The notes below the pieces were generated by a model. It did not search any database. It was not told the origin of the DNA and saw only the letters and a list, made by a program, of their open reading frames with translations. Below are positions 20,603-30,285 of a stretch of DNA of 64,000 bases, one piece after another (position 1 is the first letter of the stretch; the number at the start of each line of letters is the position of its first letter). Made by a program: the position numbers and the translations under genes. Source of the stretch: a virus; the IMG/VR virus record IMGVR_UViG_3300042331_000508, positions 4,537 through 68,536 of that record. One strand, written 5' to 3'.

Positions 20603-20785
20603 ATGGAAGTCATCTCACTGGCACTTGGAGCAGATATGATAAACGAACTGAGAGATCAGGCGTCATATCGTGGTATCACTGTTGACACGTTTGTATCGCA
20701 TTTGTTGAACATTTCACTGGGTAATTCTGACATAGAAATGCCTAAAGTGCCCAAAAGTGAGTATGGGGAGAACACCCTATCATGA
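20603..20785 (+). CDS. Small RHH-like regulator
   Basis: ISLALGADMINELRDQASYRGITVDTFVSHLL; divergent from 20338-20517. Confidence 0.5.
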   Translation: MEVISLALGADMINELRDQASYRGITVDTFVSHLLNISLGNSDIEMPKVPKSEYGENTLS

Positions 20786-21093
20786 CCGAAGCAAAGCAAA
20801 GATGGGTGGAAAACCTACCCGTGAATTTAGCCCAGTTGGCTGAGGCGCAGGGGATCAGCTACGAGAGCGCGCGGACTTTGGCGAGGATGCCCGGCTTCCC
20901 GAAGGTCGGGCGGTTGATTTGGCCGGAAGATTTTCTTCGGTGGCGCAAGGAGCTGGTGGTGAAACGCGATCAGCCCAGCCGCCAAGATCATCAAGACGAA
21001 CGCGCTGGTAAATCCGGTGGATCGCGGTCGAAGCATGATTCACCAAACGCATGGCCACGGCGAGCGGCGCGCCTTCGCGCGCAAGCCGCGTAA
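20782..21093 (+). CDS. Excisionase-like HTH protein
   Basis: NLAQLAEAQGISYESARTL..GFP..IWPEDFLRW; convergent with integrase. Confidence 0.6.
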   Translation: MTEAKQRWVENLPVNLAQLAEAQGISYESARTLARMPGFPKVGRLIWPEDFLRWRKELVVKRDQPSRQDHQDERAGKSGGSRSKHDSPNAWPRRAARLRAQAA

Positions 21094-21970
21094 TAAAAGT
21101 CACCCTGGAACAATGAAAGCAAAGATGCTCCAAGTCCAAGCGTTCGAAAAACAAACCCCATTGCCGCGAGGGCTGGAAGGGAAATTCGAAGGCGGGCTTT
21201 TTGCTGCGGACAATTTCTGCGCAAAGCGGTTTGATCACGGCGGGCATCGGAATGGCATAAGCTTTTTTGCGCCCGCCTTTGGGCGAGGAAAAATCAATCG
21301 TGCCCATGGCCATGTTGATTTGTCGCGGGGCAAGTCGCGTCTCGCGCAATCGACATCCGGTCGCCATGGCAATCGCCCAGCTGCGCTGCATCCACAGCGG
21401 CTCGTTGACCAGCGCGGCCTCGATCCGGCGCTGCTCCTCGATGGTAATCTCGGGTTTCTCGGCGGGGTCCTCTTTCCGCAGCTTAAGCCCATCCAAAGTA
21501 TTTTTGTCGGCCATTTCTCGCGCTACGGCTTGGCTCATGATCGTCTTCAGAAGCTTGATCTCGGCGATGGCCGTATTCCGACTGATCGGCTTGCCGGAAC
21601 GAGGGCGCGCGTGTTCCATACGCCATTCAAGGTAGTCCTGACCGTGTTCGTGCCGCAGGGCTTGGGGATGCCCAATCTTTCGGAGGGCCAAAAATCGGGC
21701 CAAGTGTCGCCAGCGAAGTTCGTAGCACTCCAGGGTTTTTCCAGTGGCCGTAGCGCGCAGCCACTTCGGAACCCAGATCCATCCATCGGAGAGCTTGAGC
21801 GGCTTGCTCTGGGCCTCAAGGTAGCTTCGCTCGGCGACGAGGATCTTGGCCTTCTTGGTGTCGGCCGCGTTGTCGTGCCGCAGTCCGGTGTTCTCACAGC
21901 GCCACACACCCTCAATGCGGGTGCGCAGCTGCCAAAAGGGGGAGCGTGCGCGGCGATAAAGCGAGGCCAT
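20855..21970 (-). CDS. int: Tyrosine recombinase / integrase
   Basis: ATGCRLRE (R), FHCSR (HxxR), NH..HRIY (H,Y); N-terminal MASLYRR..SPFW arm-binding domain. Confidence 0.92.
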   Translation of the reverse strand: MASLYRRARSPFWQLRTRIEGVWRCENTGLRHDNAADTKKAKILVAERSYLEAQSKPLKLSDGWIWVPKWLRATATGKTLECYELRWRHLARFLALRKIGHPQALRHEHGQDYLEWRMEHARPRSGKPISRNTAIAEIKLLKTIMSQAVAREMADKNTLDGLKLRKEDPAEKPEITIEEQRRIEAALVNEPLWMQRSWAIAMATGCRLRETRLAPRQINMAMGTIDFSSPKGGRKKAYAIPMPAVIKPLCAEIVRSKKPAFEFPFQPSRQWGLFFERLDLEHLCFHCSRVTFITRLAREGAPLAVAMRLVNHASTAIHRIYQRVRLDDLGGWADRVSPPAPCATEENLPAKSTARPSGSRASSPKSARSRS

Positions 21971-22072
21971 GGCGAAAGTGTAGCAAAGTTGTGTAGCAAA
22001 CTGCAACCCGCGCGACCCCATTTCTCTGTGTAAAATCCATGATAAACCGCATAAAAAACAGCAAACCTATAG

Positions 22073-22100
22073 CGTCGGTTCGATTCCGACCCTCGCCTCC
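22073..22100 (+). other. attP core copy 1, tRNA 3' end (tRNA-Cys-like)
   Basis: cgtcggttcgattccgaccctcgcctcc = T-arm plus acceptor 3' strand; adjacent to int. Confidence 0.75.
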
Positions 22101-22195
22101 CTCTGTTAGTGAAGCAAAAACAGGGGGAGAGTGTAGCAAGTCGAAAAACCCCGCGAAATCAGCGGCTTCAGGCAGCTTTCCCGCAACACCCATAA

Positions 22196-22221
22196 CGTCG
22201 GTTCGATTCCGACCCTCGCCT
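22196..22221 (+). other. attP core copy 2 (26-bp exact direct repeat)
   Basis: cgtcggttcgattccgaccctcgcct identical to 22073-22098. Confidence 0.7.
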
Positions 22222-22274
22222 GCCTCTAATAGTGTAGCAAAAAGAGGCCGCAAGTGTAGCAAACCTCGCTGGAG

Positions 22275-22460
22275 GTGGGGCCGGTGAAGGACCCGCGCCG
22301 CCATTGGCTTTTGGCCGTTCAGCGCATGATGGCAGAGACCCGCCTGCCTTTCCGCGAGTGCTGCCGCCGGATAGGTCATCGAGGCGGCTTGGCGGCTTCT
22401 GCGCGCCAGAAGGCCGTGAACGCACGCCGCACGAAAGAGGAGGCCATGCGACTGTCTTGA
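22275..22460 (+). CDS. Small basic hypothetical protein
   Basis: About 60 aa, stop overlaps next ATG; start uncertain. Confidence 0.4.
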   Translation: MGPVKDPRRHWLLAVQRMMAETRLPFRECCRRIGHRGGLAASARQKAVNARRTKEEAMRLS

Positions 22461-23128
22461 TGGACGCAGACGCTCACATGCTGGAGTGGCTGGATTCCCT
22501 CGACACGTGGGAGAGGGCGGTGGCCCTTGGTCGCCATGTTGAGTGGGAGCAGCTTTCTTCATCGGAGAAGTTGCGGATCATTCGATTTGAACACTCTTCT
22601 GAGCTGACTGGGGATCAGGACGATGCCGCGAATCTCTGCATGGCGTCCTACTCGGTGAATTTCGCCGAAATTGTGGATTGTGAGGCGGATCACTGGCAGG
22701 AGGAGTTTGATCTGGCAAGGGACGAAGCGGAGGCTTTTGCCAAGATAGAGTCCGATTGGCGGGCGGCGGACTATGAGCGCCATACGCAAGACATTGTCAG
22801 AAGCATCGCCGAAATCGCTTCGGCGCCGGCCAACATGCGCGTGCAGTGCGTGGCTCTCGCTTTCGCTTTAGGGCACGCGCCCGTTTACCTCAAAATTCGA
22901 GAGGGCACGCCGGGGCATTACCTTTACCGAGAGGTCGTGTGCAATACGCAGAGCGAGGCAGCGCTCGCTCTCAACACTTCGCGCCAAAATCTGAACAAGG
23001 AAGTTCAGCGGCATTGCCGTCGTTACGGCATCAAGCATGGCGTTCATCTCAAAAGTCCGGAGGCGCGCGCAAGCTTTTCGGTAGCGCAAGCGGCCAATCA
23101 CTGGAGGCACCGCAGCTATGCTGTATAA
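22460..23128 (+). CDS. Hypothetical protein with C-terminal HTH
   Basis: TQSEAALALNTSRQNLNKEV. Confidence 0.55.
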   Translation: MDADAHMLEWLDSLDTWERAVALGRHVEWEQLSSSEKLRIIRFEHSSELTGDQDDAANLCMASYSVNFAEIVDCEADHWQEEFDLARDEAEAFAKIESDWRAADYERHTQDIVRSIAEIASAPANMRVQCVALAFALGHAPVYLKIREGTPGHYLYREVVCNTQSEAALALNTSRQNLNKEVQRHCRRYGIKHGVHLKSPEARASFSVAQAANHWRHRSYAV

Positions 23129-23486
23129 ATACGACTCCAGGCACGCGGAGAAGGTCCAGCAGGCGATGCGCCAGCTGGGGTTTGGCTCCGCCCTTGCGGA
23201 GGAGCTTGTCGCCTCTCACGAGCTAAAATTGGAAGCAGAGGCCCGCAGTCACGATGCTTGGGTCTTGGGCAAGCTGCTCCGCCGCCTTTGTGAAGTCGAA
23301 GAGCCAAAGCTTGTGGCGCTCTCGATGATCGTCGTTCTCAGCGGCTACCAAAAACTTTTTGCCGGTTCGCGTTTGCTCATTGGAGTTGACGCCATCGCCA
23401 GCCACTACGGCGTGAGTAAGGCCGACCTGATGCAGGAAATCTCATTAAGCGCCCACTTTTTGGAGCGCCCAGTTCCCAATTTATGA
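23118..23486 (+). CDS. Hypothetical protein, possible HTH
   Basis: 122 aa; VDAIASHYGVSKA. Confidence 0.5.
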   Translation: MLYKYDSRHAEKVQQAMRQLGFGSALAEELVASHELKLEAEARSHDAWVLGKLLRRLCEVEEPKLVALSMIVVLSGYQKLFAGSRLLIGVDAIASHYGVSKADLMQEISLSAHFLERPVPNL

Positions 23487-24154
23487 CAACGCCCAGTAAT
23501 ACCACAGTCGAACTGGCTCTCGCCGGTTCTCAGTCAAAGTTCGCGCTCACTGAGAGCGGACTTCAAATCCAAAACGACCTCACTCTGGATGAATACCGAC
23601 ACTTGCTGTCGATGTTCAAGGTGTTTGCGGATCGCTACAACCTCAACTTTGCCGGGGCAATTCGTTACGGCGAGATGCACTTTGGGACAGCGGCAGTGCA
23701 AGACATGCTGGTTCAGTTGGAGTTTCCCCATGTGAAAGTCAGCCGCGCCATGAGCATTGCGGGGCTGTTGGGAGATCAGCTTGAACTGAAGTTTGAGACC
23801 TTCACCGGCCTGACGGACGAGCACTACGCCATTCTTGGCCGTGAGTTCAAAGATCATGAGGAATTGGTCGGCAAATGGGCCGGATTAGCGCAGGAGCACC
23901 AACTGACGCCGCGCGCGCTGGTGCGCTCCATCGAGAAAGGTGCGGTCGTTACCGATGCCGAGCTGAAGGGGACCAAGGACAGCACTTTGGCCTATTTCGA
24001 TGAAATGGAGCTGGCCTTTCGCATGTGGCTGCACCGAGTGGGTGGCGAAGAGCGTGTGCTTGGTTTGGATAATGAGCACCTGCGCGACCTCTACGGCCAT
24101 TTCAAGGCGCTGGAGGCATTCATCTTGAAGCTGAAGGAGGCCTGCCATGAGTGA
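23483..24154 (+). CDS. Hypothetical protein
   Basis: 223 aa, ATGA-coupled on both sides. Confidence 0.55.
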   Translation: MTTPSNTTVELALAGSQSKFALTESGLQIQNDLTLDEYRHLLSMFKVFADRYNLNFAGAIRYGEMHFGTAAVQDMLVQLEFPHVKVSRAMSIAGLLGDQLELKFETFTGLTDEHYAILGREFKDHEELVGKWAGLAQEHQLTPRALVRSIEKGAVVTDAELKGTKDSTLAYFDEMELAFRMWLHRVGGEERVLGLDNEHLRDLYGHFKALEAFILKLKEACHE

Positions 24155-24362
24155 GTTGCAAAACTATCATTTTGAGTCAGCGGCCGAATTTGCCGTCGTT
24201 AGAGAGTTCATCCGAACAACAGTCGATTTGGTAAGAACGCCTGAAGCAATTCGTGCCGCCGCGCGTGCTGTCGACGGAAAGCAGAACTTTTCCGACGAAC
24301 AAAAACGCTATGCCAAGGATTTTCTGGAGGCGGCAGCGCAACTTATTCAAGAGCAGCCCTAA
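24147..24362 (+). CDS. Hypothetical protein
   Basis: 71 aa, GGAGG RBS, coupled. Confidence 0.5.
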   Translation: MSELQNYHFESAAEFAVVREFIRTTVDLVRTPEAIRAAARAVDGKQNFSDEQKRYAKDFLEAAAQLIQEQP

Positions 24363-24574
24363 TGAAGCGCAATCCAGACGACCTCATCGGTATAGCGTCG
24401 AGAGTTGCCGCCCTGCGCGCAGCGGAGCGGCGTTTGCCAGAGGTGTCCTTTGACGGCTTAGACACAGAAGATTCGGATCGAATTTTGCAAGCTGGTAAGG
24501 CCGCTGCTGCGGCTGAAATACGCGCTCTCCTGCGCGAGGCCAACGATCAATGGGAAAAAGAGTTTGCCAACTAA
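24362..24574 (+). CDS. Hypothetical protein
   Basis: 70 aa, coupled. Confidence 0.45.
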   Translation: MKRNPDDLIGIASRVAALRAAERRLPEVSFDGLDTEDSDRILQAGKAAAAAEIRALLREANDQWEKEFAN

Positions 24575-25169
24575 AATCACCCCCCGCGCCGATCACATCG
24601 TATTCTATCTGAGTGGCTTTGAATGCTGCGCGGATAGTGTCGATTCTCAGCTAGTCAGCGAAGGCAAATGGCAGCTATGGAAACATGGCATAGTAAATGC
24701 GGTTTCCAAGCGGTTGCTGGCAAAGGAGATTACCGGTTATAGATCGCTAAGCTATATTAATGGAGATAAGCTTGATCTGCGCCGTCGCAATTTAAGGAAT
24801 GCCAAAACTGCCTTCTGGCGCGCGCAGTGCGCTATCCGATCAAAGGCCAAAGTTGCTTTTTGTCTAAACAGAATGCGCTGGATTGTGCGCCGACAAGTCA
24901 GCGGCGTTCGCTTGTGGAAATCGTGCAAAAGCGAGGCGGAAGCCAAGGCGTATGCGCACATTTTTTCCGCTGTTGGGGCTGCTGAACTCAGCAAAAACAA
25001 ACGGCGATCGTGTTTGGACGAGCAGTTCATGTGGCTACATGAAGATATATCTCAACACATAGTGCAACGGTGTGAAAGCAAGGTCGAAATAGCACAAAAA
25101 GCATTTGCCGCCGGTGTGTTGGCCCGGGACATCATTGGTAAACGTAACGCGGAGGCTTTATGCGTGTAA
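24564..25169 (+). CDS. Degenerate HNH/AP2-type homing endonuclease-like protein
   Basis: SYINGDKLDLRRRNLR resembles DHINGxxLDNRxxNLR with catalytic H/N lost; AP2-like W..R..EAEA segment. Confidence 0.5.
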   Translation: MPTKITPRADHIVFYLSGFECCADSVDSQLVSEGKWQLWKHGIVNAVSKRLLAKEITGYRSLSYINGDKLDLRRRNLRNAKTAFWRAQCAIRSKAKVAFCLNRMRWIVRRQVSGVRLWKSCKSEAEAKAYAHIFSAVGAAELSKNKRRSCLDEQFMWLHEDISQHIVQRCESKVEIAQKAFAAGVLARDIIGKRNAEALCV

Positions 25170-26230
25170 GTGAAAGACTTGCAGAGCTAAAGCGAAGAGT
25201 GAGCCTGCGCGATATCTTGGTAAGAGATAATGTTCAGATTCGGCGCGCAGGTGGGTCGCGCTATGCCGCGCTGTGTCCATTTCATCAAGAACGGACGCCT
25301 TCATTTTACATTTTTAGCACACACGCTGGCGATCGCTATAAGTGTTTTGGCTGTGGAGCAAGCGGCGATGTTTTTGACTATTGGATGCAAACCAGGAACA
25401 AAAGCTTGGCTGAAGCTGAAAACGAACTTTGTTCAAGCGAGGGCATCCCCCAGTCGCAAAGAACATTAAAACCAGTGCCCCTTGCGCAAGATGTGGTTGG
25501 GCCCTTGACGGGTCGCGCTTTGGATATTTGGGAGGAGGGGGTCAAATACTTAGCGCGTTCCGAGAGCGATCAAATTCGCATCGCCGAGTGGCGCGGTTTT
25601 GAGCCCACGACTATTGCGGCCATGGCAGGGTTTGGTTTGATGGCCATGCCAATATATCGAGGCACAAGGAGTGAAGCTTTTGCCGTAAATATTCCCAATG
25701 ACAGCGGCATATATTTGGCGGGCTATCACGTTCATACACCTAATCTAAAGGGCAGATATCGTTTTGAGCCCCAAGGTATAGGCTCGTGGCCATTTGTCAT
25801 CGGCAACATCACGGAGTGCCATGCGTTAGTAATTTTGGAAGGGCAGTGGGATGCTATCGCTTTTTGGGATGCCATTGGCGCACACGATGAGCCAATTAAC
25901 GGCGTTGCGATTGTTGGGGTAAGGGGGGCAAGTTCGTGGCGCAAGCTACTCGATTATGATTGGTCGCAAGAAGTGCAGGCCTTCGTATTTGCCGATGGGG
26001 ATGAGGCGGGGATTCAGTGGTCTGAGCCGGACTCATTAAGCGGCGCGCTCAATCTTCGCTGTCGCGCGCTTCACTTTTTTACCTATGAGCAGGGGGAAGA
26101 CGGCGTGAAAGATTTTAACGATTGGATAAAAAAGGATTGGGGCGTCGATGCCTGTGTTCTTCGCGAATTCATGCGCGAAAAATACAAATCGGGACTACAA
26201 ACAAGGAGGCGCAAGTGGCAGAAAAAGTAA
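25160..26230 (+). CDS. DnaG-type primase (CHC2 zinc finger + TOPRIM)
   Basis: CPFHQERTPSF..KCFGCGASGDVFDY; ILEGQWDA; FADGDEAG; KDFND. Confidence 0.88.
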   Translation: MRVSERLAELKRRVSLRDILVRDNVQIRRAGGSRYAALCPFHQERTPSFYIFSTHAGDRYKCFGCGASGDVFDYWMQTRNKSLAEAENELCSSEGIPQSQRTLKPVPLAQDVVGPLTGRALDIWEEGVKYLARSESDQIRIAEWRGFEPTTIAAMAGFGLMAMPIYRGTRSEAFAVNIPNDSGIYLAGYHVHTPNLKGRYRFEPQGIGSWPFVIGNITECHALVILEGQWDAIAFWDAIGAHDEPINGVAIVGVRGASSWRKLLDYDWSQEVQAFVFADGDEAGIQWSEPDSLSGALNLRCRALHFFTYEQGEDGVKDFNDWIKKDWGVDACVLREFMREKYKSGLQTRRRKWQKK

Positions 26231-27555
26231 AGCCGAGGGGCAAAAATCCCCTTATTCAGATTACTGGTGCAGGCAAGGATCGCTTTGACGAATCAAAGGT
26301 GTATCAGTCGCTTATGCTCAAGATCCCGCCAATCCTTGTGTATGAAGATGATTGGTATAAGTATGATGGCAAAGCTTGGAGGCCTACAAGGCGTAAGGCC
26401 TACAGCAAGGATGCGATGCAAGTGCTTCCTTTGGCCTTCCGCACTGCGCGATTGGCTGGCAATTTACTTAATCACGTAGAAGCCAATAATCAGCTTAAGG
26501 AGGAGCAACTCCTTGGTGCGGTAAAGATGGATCAAGGTGCAGTTTGGATCAACGTGAATAATGGAGTGCTGCGAGTCACATCTGCCGATGTTCAATTGCA
26601 TCCACACAATCCCGATTATTTATTCACCGGTTGCCTTCCCTCCTCTTGGGTGCCCAATGTCGAATCGGACACCTTCCAAGAAGCTTTAAAAAACATTTTG
26701 CATGGGCCGAAAGATATTGCTTTGTTGCAGTGGTTTGCGGGCTATTGCCTGTATCCTGATTGCAAGCAGCACGAAGTATTTTTGATATGCTACGGTCCGG
26801 GCGGCACCGGAAAAAGCACGTTGGCAGAAGGCATTGTCGCAGCTTTTGACGATGACGTTTTGGTTAGAAAGCTTTCTTTAAATCAAATATGCAGTTCTGG
26901 CCCAGGTAGCTATTCTCTGCCAACACTTGAGAGAGCGATGATTAACCTTGGAACTGAGCTAGACACAGTTGAGGTAGATGAGTCTGGAACTTTTAAACAG
27001 TTAATTTCCGGCGAGAGCATTGTAGCCAGAAGTATTTACGGCAAGCCATTTACAATGAAAAGCACATGTAAGCATTGGTTTTTGTCCAATGTTATGCCCC
27101 GATTTAAACACGGCACCGATGCAGAGCTGCGGCGCGCTCGTTTTCTTTCTTTTGCAAAAAAACCTTCAGTGTTGGACCGACAATTGAAGGACAAGCTCAT
27201 CTTGCAAAAAGATGCAATTCTGGCTTGGGCTGTTTATGGCCTTCAGGCCATTCTTGATGGGATTGAAGCTCCGCATGGCGGCACGGAAAGCACCAATATC
27301 ATGAGGAGGTTTCAAACTTCAAACGACCCCGTGCAGTGCTTTGTTTCTGAAATGTGTGAATTCGGCCCCTATGAAGAAACAAAGGATGCAGTCATGGAAG
27401 CATTTGGCCAATATCTTGATGCCAACCAGTTTGGCCACAAAACAAGAGAGTATTTCTTTCGCGCCTTGTATGAGCGTAATCCAGATATTCAAGTGCATCG
27501 CTATCGCAATCGCAGCCCAGAATACTACCTGCAAGGAATTCGCCTCAAACCCTAG
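26215..27555 (+). CDS. D5/P4-type SF3 helicase
   Basis: GTG with AGGAGG RBS; INVNNG, HNPDYLFT, Walker A GPGGTGKST, FKQLISGE, LRR. Confidence 0.88.
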   Translation: MAEKVKPRGKNPLIQITGAGKDRFDESKVYQSLMLKIPPILVYEDDWYKYDGKAWRPTRRKAYSKDAMQVLPLAFRTARLAGNLLNHVEANNQLKEEQLLGAVKMDQGAVWINVNNGVLRVTSADVQLHPHNPDYLFTGCLPSSWVPNVESDTFQEALKNILHGPKDIALLQWFAGYCLYPDCKQHEVFLICYGPGGTGKSTLAEGIVAAFDDDVLVRKLSLNQICSSGPGSYSLPTLERAMINLGTELDTVEVDESGTFKQLISGESIVARSIYGKPFTMKSTCKHWFLSNVMPRFKHGTDAELRRARFLSFAKKPSVLDRQLKDKLILQKDAILAWAVYGLQAILDGIEAPHGGTESTNIMRRFQTSNDPVQCFVSEMCEFGPYEETKDAVMEAFGQYLDANQFGHKTREYFFRALYERNPDIQVHRYRNRSPEYYLQGIRLKP

Positions 27556-27638
27556 GCAAGCTATCTCCTTGCGATCCTCTTAAGAACGCAAATCTTCAGT
27601 AGAATCTGATGACACGTGTATCATATTTGCCTAACTTG

Positions 27639-27741
27639 TCCCAACTTTCCTACCATTTTCCTGTATGTTGTTTGAAAACAATGAGTGAACATATATAAGA
27701 GAGAGCATAGGGAATTCCTTAGGCGCTTGGGAAAGTTGGGA
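27639..27741. repeat. 12-bp inverted repeat around AT-rich spacer; candidate origin or packaging site
   Basis: tcccaactttcc (27639) / ggaaagttggga (27730) between helicase and terS. Confidence 0.4.
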
Positions 27742-27866
27742 ATAGTTAGAAGCCACCATGGTGGTTAAGGAATCTATTACCCCTGCAATTCAACAGGTTA
27801 GCTGCAAAGCACCCTTACATTAACCCGCGACCAGTGGTTTAGTTGACATGTTAAGTTTAGCAGGGC

Positions 27867-28490
27867 ATGGAAGAAAATGATCACAAGCCCCCAACTTTGG
27901 CCGCCATTGCGGCAGATTGGGGCACCAGCGTTGCCTACGTCTCGCGCATGAAGTCTCAAAAAGGCTGTCCGGTCCATAGTCTGGAGGCAGCCCGAGCTTG
28001 GCGAGCCGAGCGCGCCCGGGGCGGTGTGGGGTTCCGGTCCAAGTTGGTCAGATCAGACGAGCAAGATGCTCCTCCAGTTCGTTTGCCCCGCCGCAAAAGC
28101 CTCAAAGGCATGGAACAAAGTCTGGCAGCGTCAATTGAGATTGAGGAACAGGCCAAGTATCTGGTTGAGGCAGCGATTGCGGCCGATTCGGTAGAAAAGC
28201 TGCCGCTACTCCTCCAGACCTACAACAAGGCGAAGGAAGGTCGCATGGCGTCCGAAAAAATGGTTTTGGAGATTCAAGAGAAAGCGCGGGTCTTGGTCCC
28301 ATTGGATGAAGCCCGAGAGATGTTTGCCAAAGGCTGGGGAGCCCTGCTGGCTCGGCTGCGCGGCCTTCCAACCATTCTGGCCCCCAAGGTCAATCCGCAA
28401 GACGATGTGACTGCGGCAGAGATCATCCGTCAGGACATCGAGAGGGCCATTGCTGATGGCCAGAAAGCCTATGAGCAAGCGCTGGCATGA
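27867..28490 (+). CDS. terS: Terminase small subunit (Nu1-like)
   Basis: N-terminal HTH (LAAIAADWGTSVAYVSRMK..GCP), LVPLDEA, LRGLP..LAP; directly upstream of terL. Confidence 0.8.
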   Translation: MEENDHKPPTLAAIAADWGTSVAYVSRMKSQKGCPVHSLEAARAWRAERARGGVGFRSKLVRSDEQDAPPVRLPRRKSLKGMEQSLAASIEIEEQAKYLVEAAIAADSVEKLPLLLQTYNKAKEGRMASEKMVLEIQEKARVLVPLDEAREMFAKGWGALLARLRGLPTILAPKVNPQDDVTAAEIIRQDIERAIADGQKAYEQALA

Positions 28491-30285
28491 CGAGCCGCTG
28501 AAGAAGCTGGAGGCCTTCTGCAAGGACACCCTTGCTCCAGCCCCAGACTTGCCAGTGTGGAAGTGGTGCGAACAGCATTGCTACATTCGTGGAGACAACG
28601 AGGGCGGGTATTCCACCACCCTGACTCCCTACGTGCGGGAACCCTTGGATTGTTTCAAGGACAAGAAGATCGAGGACTTGGTGCTTTGCTTTGCGGCCCA
28701 AACCGCCAAGACCACCGTTGTCATGGGAGGCACCGCTTGGCTGCTGGTAAACGATGCCAGAGACACCCTTTGGGTTATGCCAGACAAAGAGCTGGGAGGC
28801 TCTTTTTCCAGAAACAGGTGGATTCCGTGGGTCGATGATTGCCGCCCTTTGGCTGACTTGAAGCCATCCAACCGCAATCTGTTCACGACCAGAGAGCAGC
28901 GCTTTGCTCGATGCGCGCTTTTTTTCGTCGGTTCGAACAGCGCCAGCCAGATTTCCTCCCGTCCTTGCGGCGTGGTTCTGATGGATGAGGTCGACAAGTT
29001 CGGCCTTCGCAATGACAGGGAGGCCGGTGCCCTCAAGAATGCCGAGGAGCGGACGAAAAGCTTTAATTTCCCGAAACGTATTAAAACTTCGACCCCTACC
29101 ATTTACTATGGGGAAATCTGGCAAGAGTTTATCAAGGGGGATGCCCGATACTTCTACGTGCCTTGTCCATGCTGCAAGACCCCGATCCGGCTTTTGTGGA
29201 AGCAAATCCGGTGGTGGAAAGATGATCCTGAAGAGGCCAAAACCGATGGGGACTGGGATATGGAAAAAGTGCGAAAGAACACGCACTACGTCTGCCAAGA
29301 GTGCAACCAAAGCTTCACGGATGCCTACAAGACCGGCATGTTGCAGGCTGGTGAGTGGCGCCCGAGCAATCCGCAAGCGGAACCCACCCGCCGCAGCTAC
29401 CATTTGAGTGCGCTCTATGCGCCCTGGAAGCAAACCCGCTGGGGCAACTTGGCTGTTCGATGGCTTCAGAGCAAAGCCACGATCGACGGACGCCAGAATT
29501 TCATCAATTCGACGCTGGCAGAGCCATTCGACGGCGAAAACGCCTACGATGAGGATCCGATAGCCACCGAGGCCTACATACCGGCAGACATCCAGCGCGA
29601 CCGCGTGCCGTTGATGACGGTGGACGTTCAGCAGCCGGGATTTTGGTGTGTGATCCGCGCTTGGGCCAAGTCTGGAGAGAGTTGGTTGCTGCATGCGGGG
29701 TATGTCCACACCATCGAGGAGCTGGACGAGCTGCAAAGGAAGTATGCCGTGGAAGCAAATCACGTGCTGATAGACGTCGCTGACCAAACCAACCTCGTTT
29801 GCAAATGGGTTGTTGATAGAGACTGGCGCGGTGCGTGGGGCAGTAGCAAAAATGGCTTCGTCCACAGCCTGCCCAACGGCAACAAAGTGCAAAAACTGAT
29901 TTCCCCAGTCCAGTGGCGTGATCCGCAGCTCGGAACTGTCCACCAGAGCGAGCGAAACCCCCGCGCCCGCTACGTTTTCTGGGCCAACGACCCCGTGAAA
30001 GACATTTTGGCGGTGATGAGGCATCAAGAGCCCCGCCGCTGGCACGTCCATGGCGATATTCCTCCCGAATACACCAAGCATTTGAACGCCGAGATCAAAA
30101 TCATGCGCCAGAACCCGCGCACCGGCCGTTATCAGGTGGTTTGGAAGCAAGTCCGCCGCGCCAACCACCTTTTAGACTGTGAGGCCATGCAAATCGTCTG
30201 CGCTTTGGCAGGAGGCCTGATTGTGGAGGACAACGAGAAGTATGCCAACGCGCAGGGGGCGCTCAAGCTGCACGAAATGAATTGA
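28471..30285 (+). CDS. terL: Terminase large subunit, lambda GpA family
   Basis: TPYVREPLD, AAQTAKT, LMDEVDK, TSTPT, YVPCPCC, SYHLSALYAPW, TVDVQ, NHLLDCE. Confidence 0.95.
   Translation: MSKRWHDEPLKKLEAFCKDTLAPAPDLPVWKWCEQHCYIRGDNEGGYSTTLTPYVREPLDCFKDKKIEDLVLCFAAQTAKTTVVMGGTAWLLVNDARDTLWVMPDKELGGSFSRNRWIPWVDDCRPLADLKPSNRNLFTTREQRFARCALFFVGSNSASQISSRPCGVVLMDEVDKFGLRNDREAGALKNAEERTKSFNFPKRIKTSTPTIYYGEIWQEFIKGDARYFYVPCPCCKTPIRLLWKQIRWWKDDPEEAKTDGDWDMEKVRKNTHYVCQECNQSFTDAYKTGMLQAGEWRPSNPQAEPTRRSYHLSALYAPWKQTRWGNLAVRWLQSKATIDGRQNFINSTLAEPFDGENAYDEDPIATEAYIPADIQRDRVPLMTVDVQQPGFWCVIRAWAKSGESWLLHAGYVHTIEELDELQRKYAVEANHVLIDVADQTNLVCKWVVDRDWRGAWGSSKNGFVHSLPNGNKVQKLISPVQWRDPQLGTVHQSERNPRARYVFWANDPVKDILAVMRHQEPRRWHVHGDIPPEYTKHLNAEIKIMRQNPRTGRYQVVWKQVRRANHLLDCEAMQIVCALAGGLIVEDNEKYANAQGALKLHEMN

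Larger units (their letters stand above)
21978..22262 (+). repeat. Integrase arm-type repeats GTGTAGCAA
   Basis: Exact copies at 21978, 21991, 22131, 22232, 22254 and variant GTGAAGCAA at 22109, flanking att cores. Confidence 0.75.

Noticed and set aside
21017-22033. 338-aa plus-strand ORF
   Set aside because: Antisense shadow of the integrase
22073-22221. Complete tRNA genes or a CRISPR mini-array at the 26-bp repeat
   Set aside because: Only the T-arm and acceptor 3' strand are present; two copies with a 97-bp spacer beside an integrase fit att cores; no cas genes
28423-30168. 581-aa minus-strand ORF
   Set aside because: Antisense shadow of terL with no motifs
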